64,000 bases of DNA from Lophium mytilinum (lineage: Eukaryota): NCBI GenBank assembly GCA_010093605.1, contig MU004185.1, positions 1,075,334 through 1,139,333 of the forward strand, given 5' to 3'. Below are positions 35,747 through 48,275 of the stretch, one piece after another; position 1 is the first letter of the stretch; each line of letters opens with the position of its first letter. The notes below the pieces were generated by a model that worked only from the letters and a program-made list of their open reading frames with translations, had not been told where the DNA came from and did not search any database. The position numbers were made by a program, and so were the translations under genes.

Positions 35747-38090
35747 ATGAGTGACGAAGTCTACGAGGGTGCCATTGGCATTGATCTTGGTATGCGCCCC
35801 TGGTCGCCGACTCTCGCCGCACCCAATTTTTACCTGTACTAACGCTTTCACCGCCAGGCACGACCTATTCTTGCGTTGCCAACTATGAGGGCACCAACGT
35901 TGAGATCAGTACGCTATAACCCGCATCCGCTTTGCATAGAACGAATGACCTGACTTACTCGGCGCACAGTTGCCAATGAGCAGGGTAGCTTTACCACACC
36001 CTCCTTCGTCTCTTTTACGAGCGAGGAGCGTCTTATTGGCGAGGCGGCCAAGAACCAGGCTGCTATGAACCCGGAGAACACTGTCTTCGACGTCAAGTAA
36101 GATCTTCAAACTCTGACGAGAGGACAAATGGCTAACTATAAGCAGGCGTTTAATCGGACGACGATTCGACGATGAGACCGTCAAGAAGGATATTGAGTCC
36201 TGGCCTTTCCGCGTCGTCGACCAGGGCGGCAGCCCCATGGTTGAGGTTGAGTACTTGGGCGAGAACAAAACCTTTTCGCCCCAGGAAATCTCTGCCATGG
36301 TCCTCGTCAAGGTATGCATTCACTCGTTCCCATTCCAAGGCCACGCTTACATCTCTTAGATGAAAGAAGTTGCAGAGGTCAAGCTCGGCAAGAAGGTCGA
36401 GAAGGCCGTCATCACCGTACCCGCCTACTTCAACGACAACCAGCGACAAGCCACCAAGGACGCCGGTGCCATTGCTGGCCTGAACGTTCTCCGTATCATC
36501 AACGAACCTACCGCCGCCGCTATCGCCTACGGTCTCGGATCCGGAAAGTCTGAGAAGGAGCGGAATGTTCTCATCTACGATCTTGGAGGAGGAACTTTTG
36601 ATGTGTCTCTCCTACATATCCAGGGTGGTGTGTTCACTGTCAAGGCGACTGCTGGTGACACCCATTTGGGTGGCCAGGACTTCGACACCAACCTCCTCGA
36701 GCACTTCAAGAAGGAATTCAACAAGAAGACGAAGAAGGATCTGTCGGGAGATGCGCGAGCTCTCCGTCGTCTACGGACGGCTTGCGAGCGTGCCAAGCGT
36801 ACCCTTTCCAACGGTACCCAGACCACGGTCGAAATCGACTCCCTCTTTGACGGAGAAGACTTCCAGTCCAACATCACCCGTGCCCGTTTTGAGGACTTGA
36901 ACGCAAAGGCCTTCAATGGCACCATCCAGCCCGTTGAGCAGGTGCTGAAGGATGCCAACCTCGACAAGACCAAGGTTGACGAAATCGTGCTCGTTGGTGG
37001 CTCCACCCGTATTCCCCGGATACAAAAGCTCCTCAGTGACTTCTTCAACGGCAAGAAGCTCGAGAAGAGCATCAACCCTGACGAGGCTGTTGCGTACGGT
37101 GCCGCTGTCCAGGCCGGCATCCTCTCCGGCAAGGCTACTTCTGCTGACACTGCCGATCTCCTACTCCTCGATGTGGTTCCCCTCTCCCTTGGTGTTGCCA
37201 TGGAGGGTAACATCTTCGCCCCGGTCGTTCCCCGAGGCAATACAGTGCCCACCTTGAAAAAGTCTAAGACCCATCTCCTTACAGTCTCCTGCCACTGTCT
37301 GGGGTGCCTGACGATATTTTCCGAGGTCCAAATTTGATCATTTTGGACCTTCGGTAAACTCGCGAGGCCACCCCAGACGTTGGCAAACATAAGTAGACAC
37401 ATGAAGCTGACCACAAGCAGGCGTACCTTTACCACAGTGGCGGATAATCAGGTCCGTTCCCATGCCCTTCTGGCGTCTCATCAGAGATAATTTTAGCTAA
37501 CTTTTTCCAGCAAACCGTCCAGTTCCCCGTCTTCCAGGGCGAGCGTGTGAATTGTGAGGACAACACGTCTCTGGGCGAGTTCACTCTTGCTCCTATCCCT
37601 CCCATGAAGGCTGGTGACGCCGTCCTCGAGGTCGTCTTCGAGGTCGATGTCAACGGTATTCTCAAGGTCACTGCCACTGAGAAGACCTCCGGCCGCAGTG
37701 CCAACATCACCATCTCCAACTCTGTTGGAAAGCTGTCATCCACCGAAATCGAGAACATGATCGAAGGTAAGCTCCAAGCACTAATTCCTGTTTCCAACAC
37801 ATCTGCTGACCCGTTCTCCAGATGCTTCAAAGTTCAAGGCTTCCGACGAGGCTTTCAGCAAGAAGTTCGAGTCGCGACAACAGCTCGAGTCCTACATCTC
37901 CCGCGTCGAGGAGATGGTCTCGGATCCCACCACATCCATCAAGCTCAAGCGCGGCCAGAAAGAGAAGATTGAGAGCGCTCTCAGCGACGCCATGGCTCAG
38001 CTCGAGATCGAGGATGCTGGCGCAGACGACCTGAAGAAGAAGGAGTTGGCGCTCAAGAGGGTGGTAACCAAGGCTTTCTCTACCCGCTAG
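35747..38090 (+). CDS. SSB1: Ribosome-associated Hsp70 Ssb
   Basis: [38 protein letters not shown] and LVGGSTRIP; the C-terminus [11 protein letters not shown] lacks EEVD, as in the Ssb class; 7 introns. Confidence 0.96.
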
Positions 38091-38839
38091 ACATCGAATT
38101 GTACATCGGAACTGAGGGATGCGGTTGGCTGAGAGCATTTGGGGACAGGTGAGTGTGCGGGTGTGCACGGGTGCGTGGTAATTACGAGAAAGCTAAGGTC
38201 TTTTTTTGGAATCGATCAGCAACGTGATTAGCTTTGAAAAGAACAGGGGAGACGGACTTTTTCCTTTTCTCTTTCACGGTGTTTATCATGTTCCAGATGT
38301 CGAAATTTCCAATAGAGAGTGGCTGGTTCTGGGCTTAACCTGTTTTCTGCGTTTTCCTGGCTTCTTCTAGGATTGCTGGAAAATTTGTCGAGTTGGGAGG
38401 ATTGATGTGGCCCTGGCGATATGCTGACAAAAGTATGTACTTATCATGCCCCCCTTCACCCTGTTTTCGGCTTGTTTGTGTGATCTAGATGATGATTGAA
38501 GCGGTGGGTTGTGAGTCTGTACGCCTTTTTGCGAATGGCAGTGGTGCTTCGATCTGCTTTCGGGGATCTGAACGGGATGCGAAGGAAGCGTTTTGAAGAA
38601 TGGGTAAATTTGATGAGCCACCTCACACGGCCGCAACCCGAAACACTTTTGCAGAATTCCGAGAATCCTTCGAAGGTAAGTTTTGTACAATTCCTTGCCG
38701 CCGTTCAGGGTGCTTCAATCGACTTTAAATTTTCTGAATGGCATGCGAATAAAGCGTTCGGAACAGTGGGTGAAACATAGGCACACTCAGCCACCTCAGA
38801 CAGCCGCCGCCAAAGGTAGCACGCATACGCAAAATGATA

Positions 38840-39620
38840 ACGCTGATGTTTCGAGCACTTTTCCTTGCAGTAGAGGCTGCGCTCACTTTTTACTTATACA
38901 TTTCACACAGCTCTTTTATGGCCAAGAGGCTCTCTCCAAAGGTCTTTCTGCCGCTTCTCTCTCCTTTTGCCCTGGCCTCTTCGATGTCAACCAGACCACC
39001 GCCCCGGCTGTGTCCTTCCGAAAGTCGTGGACGCTGGGGCATCTACGCCCTCGTCTTCGAGAAACCCGGCGCCACTCATCTTGTGTATACTAGCTCAGGG
39101 ACGGCCCCCAAAGAGGGTGTTCGGGGGCGCTAGCGTGCATACGACAGGCCCGAAGGGCGTCCACTCGTCCGAACCAGACCACTACATGGTGTATTGTTGC
39201 CCTTGGGGACTACAGCTGAAGTCCTTTTCGTACCACGGCCTGTGCAGCCACAACCCTCTCGCTGAACGAGTGTACGGAGACCTGGACTTTACTGCAGAGC
39301 AACTGGAGGCCCTTGCCGTGGAGACTAAGAAGAGGAACAACAAGACCAAGAAACGCTCTGCTGCAAAGAATCAACTCAAAGCACTTAGCAGAAAAGAAGT
39401 TCTACTGCGATCTGTGTGGGGTGCTTTGCATAAAGCAATGGGAGCTTACTAGGCACAACGCGTCCCGCCGGCATTTAGCCAGAGGCAAGAGGGCTGCAAC
39501 GAGCGTCAAAGCCAAGTACAGATGCGATACCTGAGACTACGCCACTAACAGCCGGAGTGCCTTCTGCAACCACAAACATTCGAAGAGGCACCTGAAAAAC
39601 ACCAACACGGCCAAGGCTGA
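38840..39620 (+). pseudogene. Decayed GIY-YIG-like endonuclease with C-terminal zinc fingers (mobile-element-associated)
   Basis: Fragments in shifting frames: ASLSFCPGLFDV, RWGIYALVFEKPG..LVYTSSGT..GVRGR*, YHGLCSHNPL, KFYCDLCG...LTRHNASRRH and YRCDT*...NHKHSKRH; stops and frameshifts present. Confidence 0.65.
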
Positions 39621-39794
39621 GCCAAGCGGCTCGACCTAGTCGCTACTGCTTGGAGTGGTTCTACATTGCCCGAGGTGAAGAGTTGCCGTCTCGTTGTATT
39701 TTTCATAAATTCTACATCCAAGAGGTTTACGGGGTTGAGAGACATTTGACTAACAAACATAAAAGGTTTAGGATATTTCCTAGCGGCTTACTTA

Positions 39795-40328
39795 TATGCG
39801 AAAAAGGAACTACGTTAGGTATATGTACCGTGTGCCTTTATATGCCCTTCGTGTCTGTTAAATATCCTCTTACACGGTTAGATCCACAACTCCTTCCAAT
39901 AAAAGAGACCACACTAGGTGCAGGCAGCGTATCCTTATATGTGCCCTCTACGTCTATCCAACATTCTACTACACGGTTGGATCCGTAACTTCTTGCAATA
40001 AAAGGGACTACTTTAGGTGCAGGTAGCGTACCCCTTAGCGTGCCTTCCGCGTCTATCAAATTTTCTCTTACGCGGTTAGATCCGTAACTTCTTGCAATAA
40101 AAGGGACTAGGCTGGGTGCACGTTACGTACCCCTTTGCGTAGCCCTATCATCCTTCAGTTTCCCCCTTACGCGGTTAGATTCGTGACTTCTTGCAATAAG
40201 GAATTACATTGGGAATACGTAGCGTACCCCTAGGCGTGCCCTCCGCGTCTACCGAAAATTATCATACGCGGTTAAATCCGTGATTTCTTCCATTAAAAGG
40301 CACTACGCTGGGGTTACGAAGCGTACGA
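39795..40328. repeat. Degenerate tandem array, ~99-bp unit, ~5.5 copies
   Basis: The anchor TAC(A/G)CGGTT(A/G)(G/A)AT recurs at 39871, 39970, 40069, 40168 and 40265, with a partial unit upstream. Confidence 0.9.
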
Positions 40329-42919
40329 ATGAAATAATACTCAATAGGTGTTGAAAACGTGGCTTTGATGTGGAGAGGGATGTCTCTCACGTGCTTTTAA
40401 AACTTCGAGGGTATAAATACCTTTCGAGGGACGTCGCGGCAGGACAAGGAAGTGGGTTCGGGCTCATCAAAAACGGTGAGAACTCCAGTTATGGGAACTT
40501 GGAGTTCAACTACTCAGCGTTTATTTGTTATGGGAAGGGTGGAGGGCGGACTGGTGCAAAAGGGTACACCCAGGGATACGATGGAGAGGGAGTATCCTCG
40601 TCGTTCAGACTTGCAGACTGAAATCATGGCATATTAACGATGGGCTATAAGTTCTGTTAGTGCTACGGGAGGTTGCCAGTCGATGTATGTTGCATTCAGT
40701 ATCAGATTTTGAAGAGGACTATCAGTGCTTGTGTATAATCATGCTCATCTCCATCATACTACAAGATGCCTACTTCGCCATCTCTATGCAGCCGCGACAT
40801 CCTCCACCATGTGTACTTTGCTGCGCCAGGGTTGAACCGTCCCCTCTCCTTCTCCATTTGTTCCTGGGAGCTTGTGGTTTTGGCCCAAGACAAGCGCAAA
40901 TAACAGGGCCATACACGATCGTAATGGCAGAGTACCTTCTCCCTTTCCCATCCCTTGAAGGAAAACAAACCGGAGGGCGGCGAAGAAGTTTCATACTTTG
41001 CTTTCTGAAGAAATTGACGCCGAGACCGATTCACGTGCATCCACGGAACTAAGTGCTTGGACGCTTTGAGGTAGCTATCGATGTGGGCAACTGAGTCGTT
41101 TTGTCGTTGACTCGAAGAAGGCAGGAGTTTCTTGTTTGTATCGATGATCTTGGTCAAGCAGGCTCAGAGTTGCTCGTCGTCCCCGTTGTTTTCGGCTAAC
41201 TCGTCGAAGACAGTAGCCTTCTTGGAGCTAGAGTCGGGTGTGTGCGCTATTGTTTCTATGGAGGTAGTCGTGTATCTGAAGAATGATAGAGACGATCTAG
41301 AAAGGTCACTCTTTACGTGCAAAAGGTTGGTCTACATGTAACGTAGTGTACTTAGAGGCCGAGGTGTGGGTAATAGATGAAGGCGAGTAAAATAGCACCC
41401 TGTTCCTGGTGCGTGAGATCGAATAGTGTCGTGCTGTAGGCTTCTTGCTTGGGTAGCTCTCGTAGATGTTCGTTGTGCATGGAGAGTAGAAGGAAGTATG
41501 TCGAGAGTAAATGAGCAAATGATCCATTCCAAGGTAAGAGAGATCGAGAGACGGTTGCTGGTAAATTCGATGCGATGATCCTCCGCCGCACTCAACTCAG
41601 CGGCTTAATTGAGCTTCTGATACCCTCGCAACTTCTTTTCCTTCTTCCTATTTGTCTTTTGGCCGCTTTCAAACGGCTTCAGTATCGATCCAAGACCCTT
41701 TTCGACCCGCTTCCAGGCTTTTCGCGGAGATCCGCATGTCGGATTCTGATTTGAGTCGGTTTCGGACACTACCGGCGTAGAAACACTCGTAACGGCTTGA
41801 AAAACCGGTTCAGTTGTTTCCATCTCCTCGCGGAATTTACCCTGCATGTTGGGGTTCTGGGAGACAACCAGAAATACTGGCTCCTCGGGTAGTGGTTGCT
41901 GGGAGTAGTGGTCTCGCGAGTAAGCTGGGATGAAGCGCACTTGATGTGCAGCTTCATGAAAAGGTGTGTTATCTGCCTCTGGGAAGGCCTCGGCATTGGC
42001 CTTAGAAGCTGCCTTCTGATCCGAGACGCTATGGTCGCATGTCGACTGCTCCGAACGTTCTGTGATCGCGCACAAAAGGCGAAGGGTTGCCTCTTCCGCC
42101 ATCTTCTGTCGTGTCTTTGAGGGGTTTGAGAGTGGTTTAGGGTTCTCTGGGTCACTCTTGTGAGTGTGTTTGTGGGTTGTTCAAAGCGAAAGGAGTTGAA
42201 GCGGTGTTCTGGTGTCAGCGGTTTTTTGTGTATGTCTGAAGCAAGAGCAGGAGGAGCGCAACGCATTATGAAGAAAAGCCAGTGTACGATGAGATAGCCA
42301 GATCGTTGCATTTCCATGGTTACCTTTCTTGGCGTATATGTATCCCATATGTTGCTTCTTTGGCCAGAAGACGTGATCCATGGATTCAGCTTCGTACGGA
42401 ACATGGAACGTGGAACCGAGAGCCGTGGGCGGCTCCACGATCCTCCATCTCTGTAACTTTGCACAAACAGAGGGCTGTAAGAGAGCAATCAATAAGGTCT
42501 ATGCCGTAAAATCAGAAGCAGTCGCAGTAATAAATGTGAAGAAAAGGAAATTGAAGCCACGGAGTAACGACATGTAGATCTATCAATCATGAAAAACGAG
42601 CAAAGAAGCGAAACACGCGGCTTATTCTCGATCCTCTATAGTCAGTATATCAGAACTCTGGGACGTTGCCTATACGTTTATTTGCCGTTTAATGCTTAGA
42701 GAAGGAGAATGTCGAACTGCCCCCTGAGCCGGAGTGATTTAATACTGAGCCGACGGCGCCAGGCAACATACAGACTAGCGCTATTCGCGTGTGATTGCGC
42801 AACAGCATGACCTTCTATTACTCATCATCAAACCTCCTCAATACTTCCATTAGAAAACAGGCTCTGCCACTGTAAATGCATTTCATAGGAGGTGCTATCG
42901 AGATTTTCTCGAGAGAATC

Positions 42920-45093
42920 ATGAGTTCAAATACAGGAGGGTCGGAAAACTCCAACGAAACTTCTTATACATTCGACTTACCTTGTTCTATTTGCCGACGA
43001 CGGAAAGTGCGATGTTCAAAAACCCTTCCATGCGACAACTGTGAGAGGGCCGGTGTATCGTGTAGCTATGACGATGCGAAACGGAGTTCCCGTCGTCCAC
43101 CAAGGCATGCAGAACTCAGTACACGACTGGCGAGGGTGGAGACTTTGGTAAGAAGTACCAGCCAGCAACTGAAGCAGAGTAATCCCACTACGAATTGTGA
43201 GAACGAGCCGATGGATGAGGTCCTAGAGCCTGATCCGACAATGGAAAGCTTGGTGAAGCGTCTAGATCGCAAGTACAAATCGCAGCTCGCAGCTCCCGAT
43301 CCAAACACAAAGCGTGGAAAACTAGCCTATGAGGAGGGGAGCTCGCGGAGCATCCAAACGAGATTCTGGGCTGGAATGTATGAAGAGGTGCGTTTTCCTC
43401 TTCATTCTCGAGTAAGTTTCGCGTAAGAGAGATGGACTGAATTTCGCCGTCTACAAGATTCCCAACCTTAAATACCTCCTAGAAGAAGAGCCGCCTTCGG
43501 CATTCGACGTCCTCTTTCCCGAGACGATATCACCTCCGCTATGTTATCAGTTTTCTCTATCCCAGGCCAACAGCGATCTCTTAGTCCGCTCTTTTGTACA
43601 GAACGTAGATCCTTTCCTTCGAATCCTACACAAACCAAGACTTTTGCTCGAGCTCAACCATCTCAGGCGGGGGATATTGCGAGATGGGAATCAACTCGAG
43701 AGCCAACTCCAAGTAATTCATGCACTGGGCGCAATACCGATGACCGAAGATGAATGCATAATTCATTTTGGAGTGGAGAAGTCCGCGTTGATGAGCAACC
43801 TAAGAAACGCCGCGGAGAGAGGACTGTCCCGACTGAATATCACATCCACTCACAAGATCAGAAATCTCCAGACCTTGTTGTTATACATCGTAAGCTCTCC
43901 GCTCCTTCACACTGTTAGTAGAAACTTGGTGAGGCGAGATGAAGATATTACGGTTTCTAATAACGTTGAAATGTCTAGACTCTCCTATTCTGGACCGGCA
44001 GCATAGCTCAAGCTAGCGGTCTCCTTGGACTAGCCGTCCGTTTTGCCCAACGAGTTGGCATCCATAAAGACGCAGAGCGGTTCAAGCTTTCGCCCTGGAG
44101 AGTAGAGATGCGACGTCGCATGTGGCACCATATCATCTTGTTAGACACTTGGTGCATCGAACACGAAGGTGCCGAGAGTATGATCTCTGCTGGGTCTTCA
44201 GACACCTCTCTTCCTCAAAATTCAAATGATTCAAGCTGGGATGCCTGCGAGTTTGCGCTGGAGGGACCTACCCCCTCAACTCGATACACCGATATGACAG
44301 GAGCCCTCGTCCAGTTTGAGCTTGCTCTAGTATCTAAAACGATCTTGGAAGACTCGCTGAATAGTAACGAGACTGAGGCTTCGTTGCAATTTCAGAAAGA
44401 GCTAGTCGCGCAAGCTAGGGACAGAATCGAAGCGACATACTTACATGGTCTGAATACGACGCAGCCATCGCAGAAGATCATCCATGACTTGACTGCTCTC
44501 GCATTCGAACGGTTCTTTTTTGCGATCCACCAGCCCCTCTTCAAGCATGGACATGGCGGGGAGTTGGTCACTCCAGGACTCCAATCTGAGTGAGCACACC
44601 TCCCTTTATCGGTTCTATATTGCTCACTATATCTTCTCCTAGGCTATTAGATCGAGCAGTCGCATACTGCGAGACTGTTCAGCGTCTTCAGGAGGAATAT
44701 GCTCCTCACCACCTCGACTGGATTCTTGTCCGGGCGTTCTCCTGGGACTCGGTCGCAATAATGCTTACGACTTTGATGAAGGAACACGCTCATGGCTCTA
44801 CGACCCAAGGACAGCGAGCTCGTGCGAGGATCGAACGTCTCTTCCAACATCGACTGTCCATCGATTACCTGGCCGGCAATGGCAATCTCTGGAAACCTCT
44901 GCTGCAGCTATGGGAAGGACTGCTAGCCCTCGAGAATGGTGGACTGGGGAGACAGGACGCAGATGTGCTGGTGGATTTCAACGAATGGCCCGTCGATAGC
45001 GTCAGCCTGGGCTTCGATATAGATGCTGCATTTCCTTTAGATGTGACTATGGAACCTGGTGGTGCAGATATAGCATTGCATAGCTCCGAATAG
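42920..45093 (+). CDS. Zn(II)2Cys6 transcription factor with fungal-specific TF domain
   Basis: CSICRRRKVRCSKTLPCDNCERAGVSC; NVDPFLRILHKP; GIHKD...EMRRRMWHHIILLD; 3 introns. Confidence 0.9.
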
Positions 45094-45715
45094 ATTAGAC
45101 TCCAATTCTACTGACATCGTTGAATCGTTATTTGAGGCAGATTGGGGCAAGATGAAAGTTATTTGTTTCGAATAGTCTATAGACTCGCTAGGGTATTCCA
45201 GCAATGGGGGGCAGTACTTCGATATTATAAAACATGAAGATTTGGAGCATCACAGCAACAGTGGAATCTAGTAAACTCATATCTTTGGCGAGAAACCACA
45301 TCATAATCATCCTACCTCTTTAGCAGCATTACTTTAGAGCGCCGAGCGAACAATAAGCGTCGCCGTACATTTCGCTGCCAAGCTTTTCGGCGAACGACTC
45401 CAGCGAGCGAGCGAGCGAAACAGCCACTGTAAATGTCAAACAACCCACGAATAAACTCAGTATCAAGAGGTTGGTAATATCAGACTGTTTGTCAGCCTTA
45501 TTAATCCTACAGGAAGCGAATAGTAATGAATTATGATGTATATTGTTGAATCCATAGAAGGGATCAAGTACATAAACCCTTCTGACCCGCCAGCAGATGA
45601 ACATTCCCTCATCATCAGACCATCTTCTACGCAACAACCCATCCAACTCAACCCCTCATCATCCTATCGCTACCCTTCCGTTGCTCGTAAAGCATAACTT
45701 CTCTTCAACGCAAAA

Positions 45716-47024
45716 ATGAGCCCACGAATCTTCATCACGGGAGTTACCGGTAAGACATGATCCGCTATACAAATCCATCTCTACTAATAGTGCAACTTCA
45801 GGTTACATCGGAGGACACCAACTCGGGCCCCTTTTAACAGCACACCCCGAGTACAAGGTTGCTGCTCTGGTCCGGAATGAGGCCCAAGCCAAAGCCGTAA
45901 AGGCGGCTTACCCAGCGGTCGAGACCGTCCTAGGCGACTTGGACAACGACCAAGTCCTTCGATCGGAGGCGGGTAAAGCAGATGTTGTCTTGAGTACGTG
46001 CGGTATCCAATCTAAAATTATGTTGGGTTGACATGTAGACAGACCTTGCCTCTGCGGACCATATTGCGGGCGCGGTCTCCCTCATCAAAGGCATTGCAGG
46101 AAGCCAAAAGAACACCAAGCTCATCCATATATCGGGTACTGGCATCCTGGGAGATACGTCTACTGGCGCGGGAAACAAGTCCGAGAAGGTGTACCGTGAT
46201 ATGTCATCCACAGATATCGGAGAGATCCTGTCATTCGATCTTACGCACATCCACCGCGATGTGGAAGAGGCGGTTATCGCTGCTGCTAAGGAGAATGGTG
46301 TCACCGCTGCCATCATTAGCCCTCCAATGATCCATGGTGTTGGCGCTGGGCCGGTCAAGAAACGAAGCATTCAAGTTCCGATCTTGATCGAGAATGTATG
46401 TCCGTTCTATGAGAGATGTGGAACCGTGCTAATCGCGTCAAGATCTTGAAAAGAGGAAAGGGCTTCCAGGTTTTGGAAGGAAACAATATTTGGAATAGTA
46501 AGTCTTGGGAGGCTGCCCCAATCTATGATTTCTTCAAACACGTCTTGACTAATTGACCAAAGGTGTCCACATTGATGATTTGGCGAGCGCAATCACTCTT
46601 CTCACCGAAGAAGCCCTCAAAGGGACAGAGAGCAAGGCTGCGTGGCTACCTGAAGGATACTACTTTACCGAGAGTAATGAGTTTGTGAGTCGAGTGCCTG
46701 ATCATTAGTGAATACTCAGCTTTAGCTAATCCCTCTGAATAGCGCTGGGGAGATATCAGCGAAGCTGTGGCCAAGATCGCTCACGACAAAGGTCTTATCG
46801 CAACTGCAGATGTCGAGAAGCTCTCTCCGGAAGAGGCGACTGCCATCCATCCCTGGGGTACTATCCTTTGGGGAACAAACTCTCGCGGCTCTGCTGAGCG
46901 CTTACGGGCTTTGGGATGGAAGACGTCTGGCAAGAGTATCGCTGACAGCTTGCCAGCTATGGTTGCATTTGAGGCCGCCGCCGAAGAAGGACAAAGGCAG
47001 GAATTGACGTTCGCCGATAAGTAG
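45716..47024 (+). CDS. NAD(P)-binding Rossmann protein (NAD-dependent epimerase/dehydratase-like)
   Basis: MSPRIFITGVT|GYIGG, LIHISGTGIL, IISPPMIHGVG, VHIDDLA and WGTNSRG; ~5 introns. Confidence 0.88.
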
Positions 47025-47228
47025 AGCACCCTTTTAGATATATAGGTGTATCAGGAGTGGAATTTAAAAGAGACGAGAGTTAAACAACGAGCGACCCTAC
47101 ACTCATAGATGTCTCTGTACAACGTTAGCAACCTAAGTCTTGGTATCACAGGTGTTTGCAATGAGGCGAAGGTCTATGAACGCCAATTCCGAAGCGCTAG
47201 CTCGCTGACATCTCCAATTCTAGCTATC

Positions 47229-47704
47229 GTATATGTACGGGTCAGAAAACCTTCACCGCCCCCATTGCTGCCAAGCAGGGCTGAGTGCGTGGTAACTTCA
47301 AATCCCGCGCGTCCTCTCTTTTGTCGTATTCCTAACGACATCCGCTATTGCGGATTATGAAACAACCCTACTGCCTTAGGGGGCCCCTTGGGCGCCGCAG
47401 ACGTTGTGTATACTCAAAGGGCATTTCCGAACTTTTCTCTAACCTCCAGTTGCAACGCGTGCTGATGACACGCGCTTACTAGGCATTCCTCGTTGAAGAG
47501 CAATAATTGCAATGCTCTATCCCCAGCACGACAGAGTCTAACAAGATTACCCAGACCTTTCGGTCAAGGTGATGAACTCGTTGGCTCTGTCAGTGTAACG
47601 CGCGTGCGGCCCACTAGCGAGGACGTTCTGATCAATCTTGGCGTGCGCCGAGCGTCGAGAATGTCATGGGATGACAAGGTCGGCGGACGCGTGCCGTGTG
47701 AGGA
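47229..47704 (+). repeat. Copy 1 of a tandemly duplicated structured non-coding element
   Basis: Block A (47229-47326) and block B (47610-47704) match 47950-48045 and 48184-48275; the middles are unrelated. Confidence 0.85.
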
Positions 47705-47949
47705 GTACAAGAGAGAATTTGTTTTTAAGAGAAGGGAATGAGAGAAATCGTCTCTAGTGCCAGATATTGACTTTGATGAGCTGACGCGAAATTAATCCAA
47801 ATGCTTGTGTAATTAGAGTAGATACGAAAAGAAAACAAGCCTATGTTTGAGCTTAATAGAACGGAGTCGCTGTCTCGTATAGAGCAAGGAACTGAGCAGA
47901 CTGCTCTAGAGTAGCTATTCCAGAATAAGACGAGACGGACACTCCGTCG

Positions 47950-48275
47950 GTATATGTACGGGTCAGAACACCTTCACCGCCCTCATAGCTGCCAGGCAGG
48001 GCTGAGTGCGTGGTAACTTCAAATCCCGCGCGTCCTCGCTTTGTCATCGTCTGCTTGCCCTCCTGCCAACAAGCACTCCCGCAAAGGTCACAGCGGCTGC
48101 TGGCACGCGACGATCTCCGCCTACGATCATGACCCCTTTCACTGCCTTGGTTGCGAGGTGCTTGTGACAGGTTTTTCTCAATACCCACAAGCGAGGACGG
48201 CTTTTTAACCTTGGCGTGCGCCGGGCGTCGAGGATGTCATGGGAGGACAAGGTCGGCGGACGCGTGCCGTGAGGA
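47950..48275 (+). repeat. Copy 2 of the tandemly duplicated structured non-coding element
   Basis: Same end blocks as copy 1 with a shorter middle that forms its own long stem (ACAAGCAC/GTGCTTGT). Confidence 0.85.

Noticed and set aside
37290..37400. H/ACA snoRNA in the Ssb intron
   Set aside because: Only one hairpin, and no pseudouridylation pocket 14-16 nt from an ACA or H box.
36575..37435. 286-aa antisense ORF over the Hsp70 gene
   Set aside because: Long antisense ORFs are a known by-product of Hsp70 codon bias. The same applies to the antisense ORFs over the oleate hydratase, CYS3, SF3B1 and VPS8 genes.
39795..40328. CRISPR array or ankyrin-repeat reading of the 99-bp repeats
   Set aside because: Units are homologous along their whole length with no unique spacers, the host is a eukaryote with no cas genes here, and translations lack the ankyrin consensus.
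40759..42490. Minus-strand ORFs of 132-239 aa
   Set aside because: Overlapping and interrupted, with no recognisable domain; possibly an orphan or pseudogene but unsupported.
47229..48275. TPP riboswitch, HDV ribozyme, RNase MRP, group II intron domain V or tRNA-derived SINE identity for the duplicated element
   Set aside because: Only short partial word matches (GCTGAG, TCCTCGCT, GGGGCTGAGT, TTCAAATCC); the required partner motifs are missing or in the wrong order.
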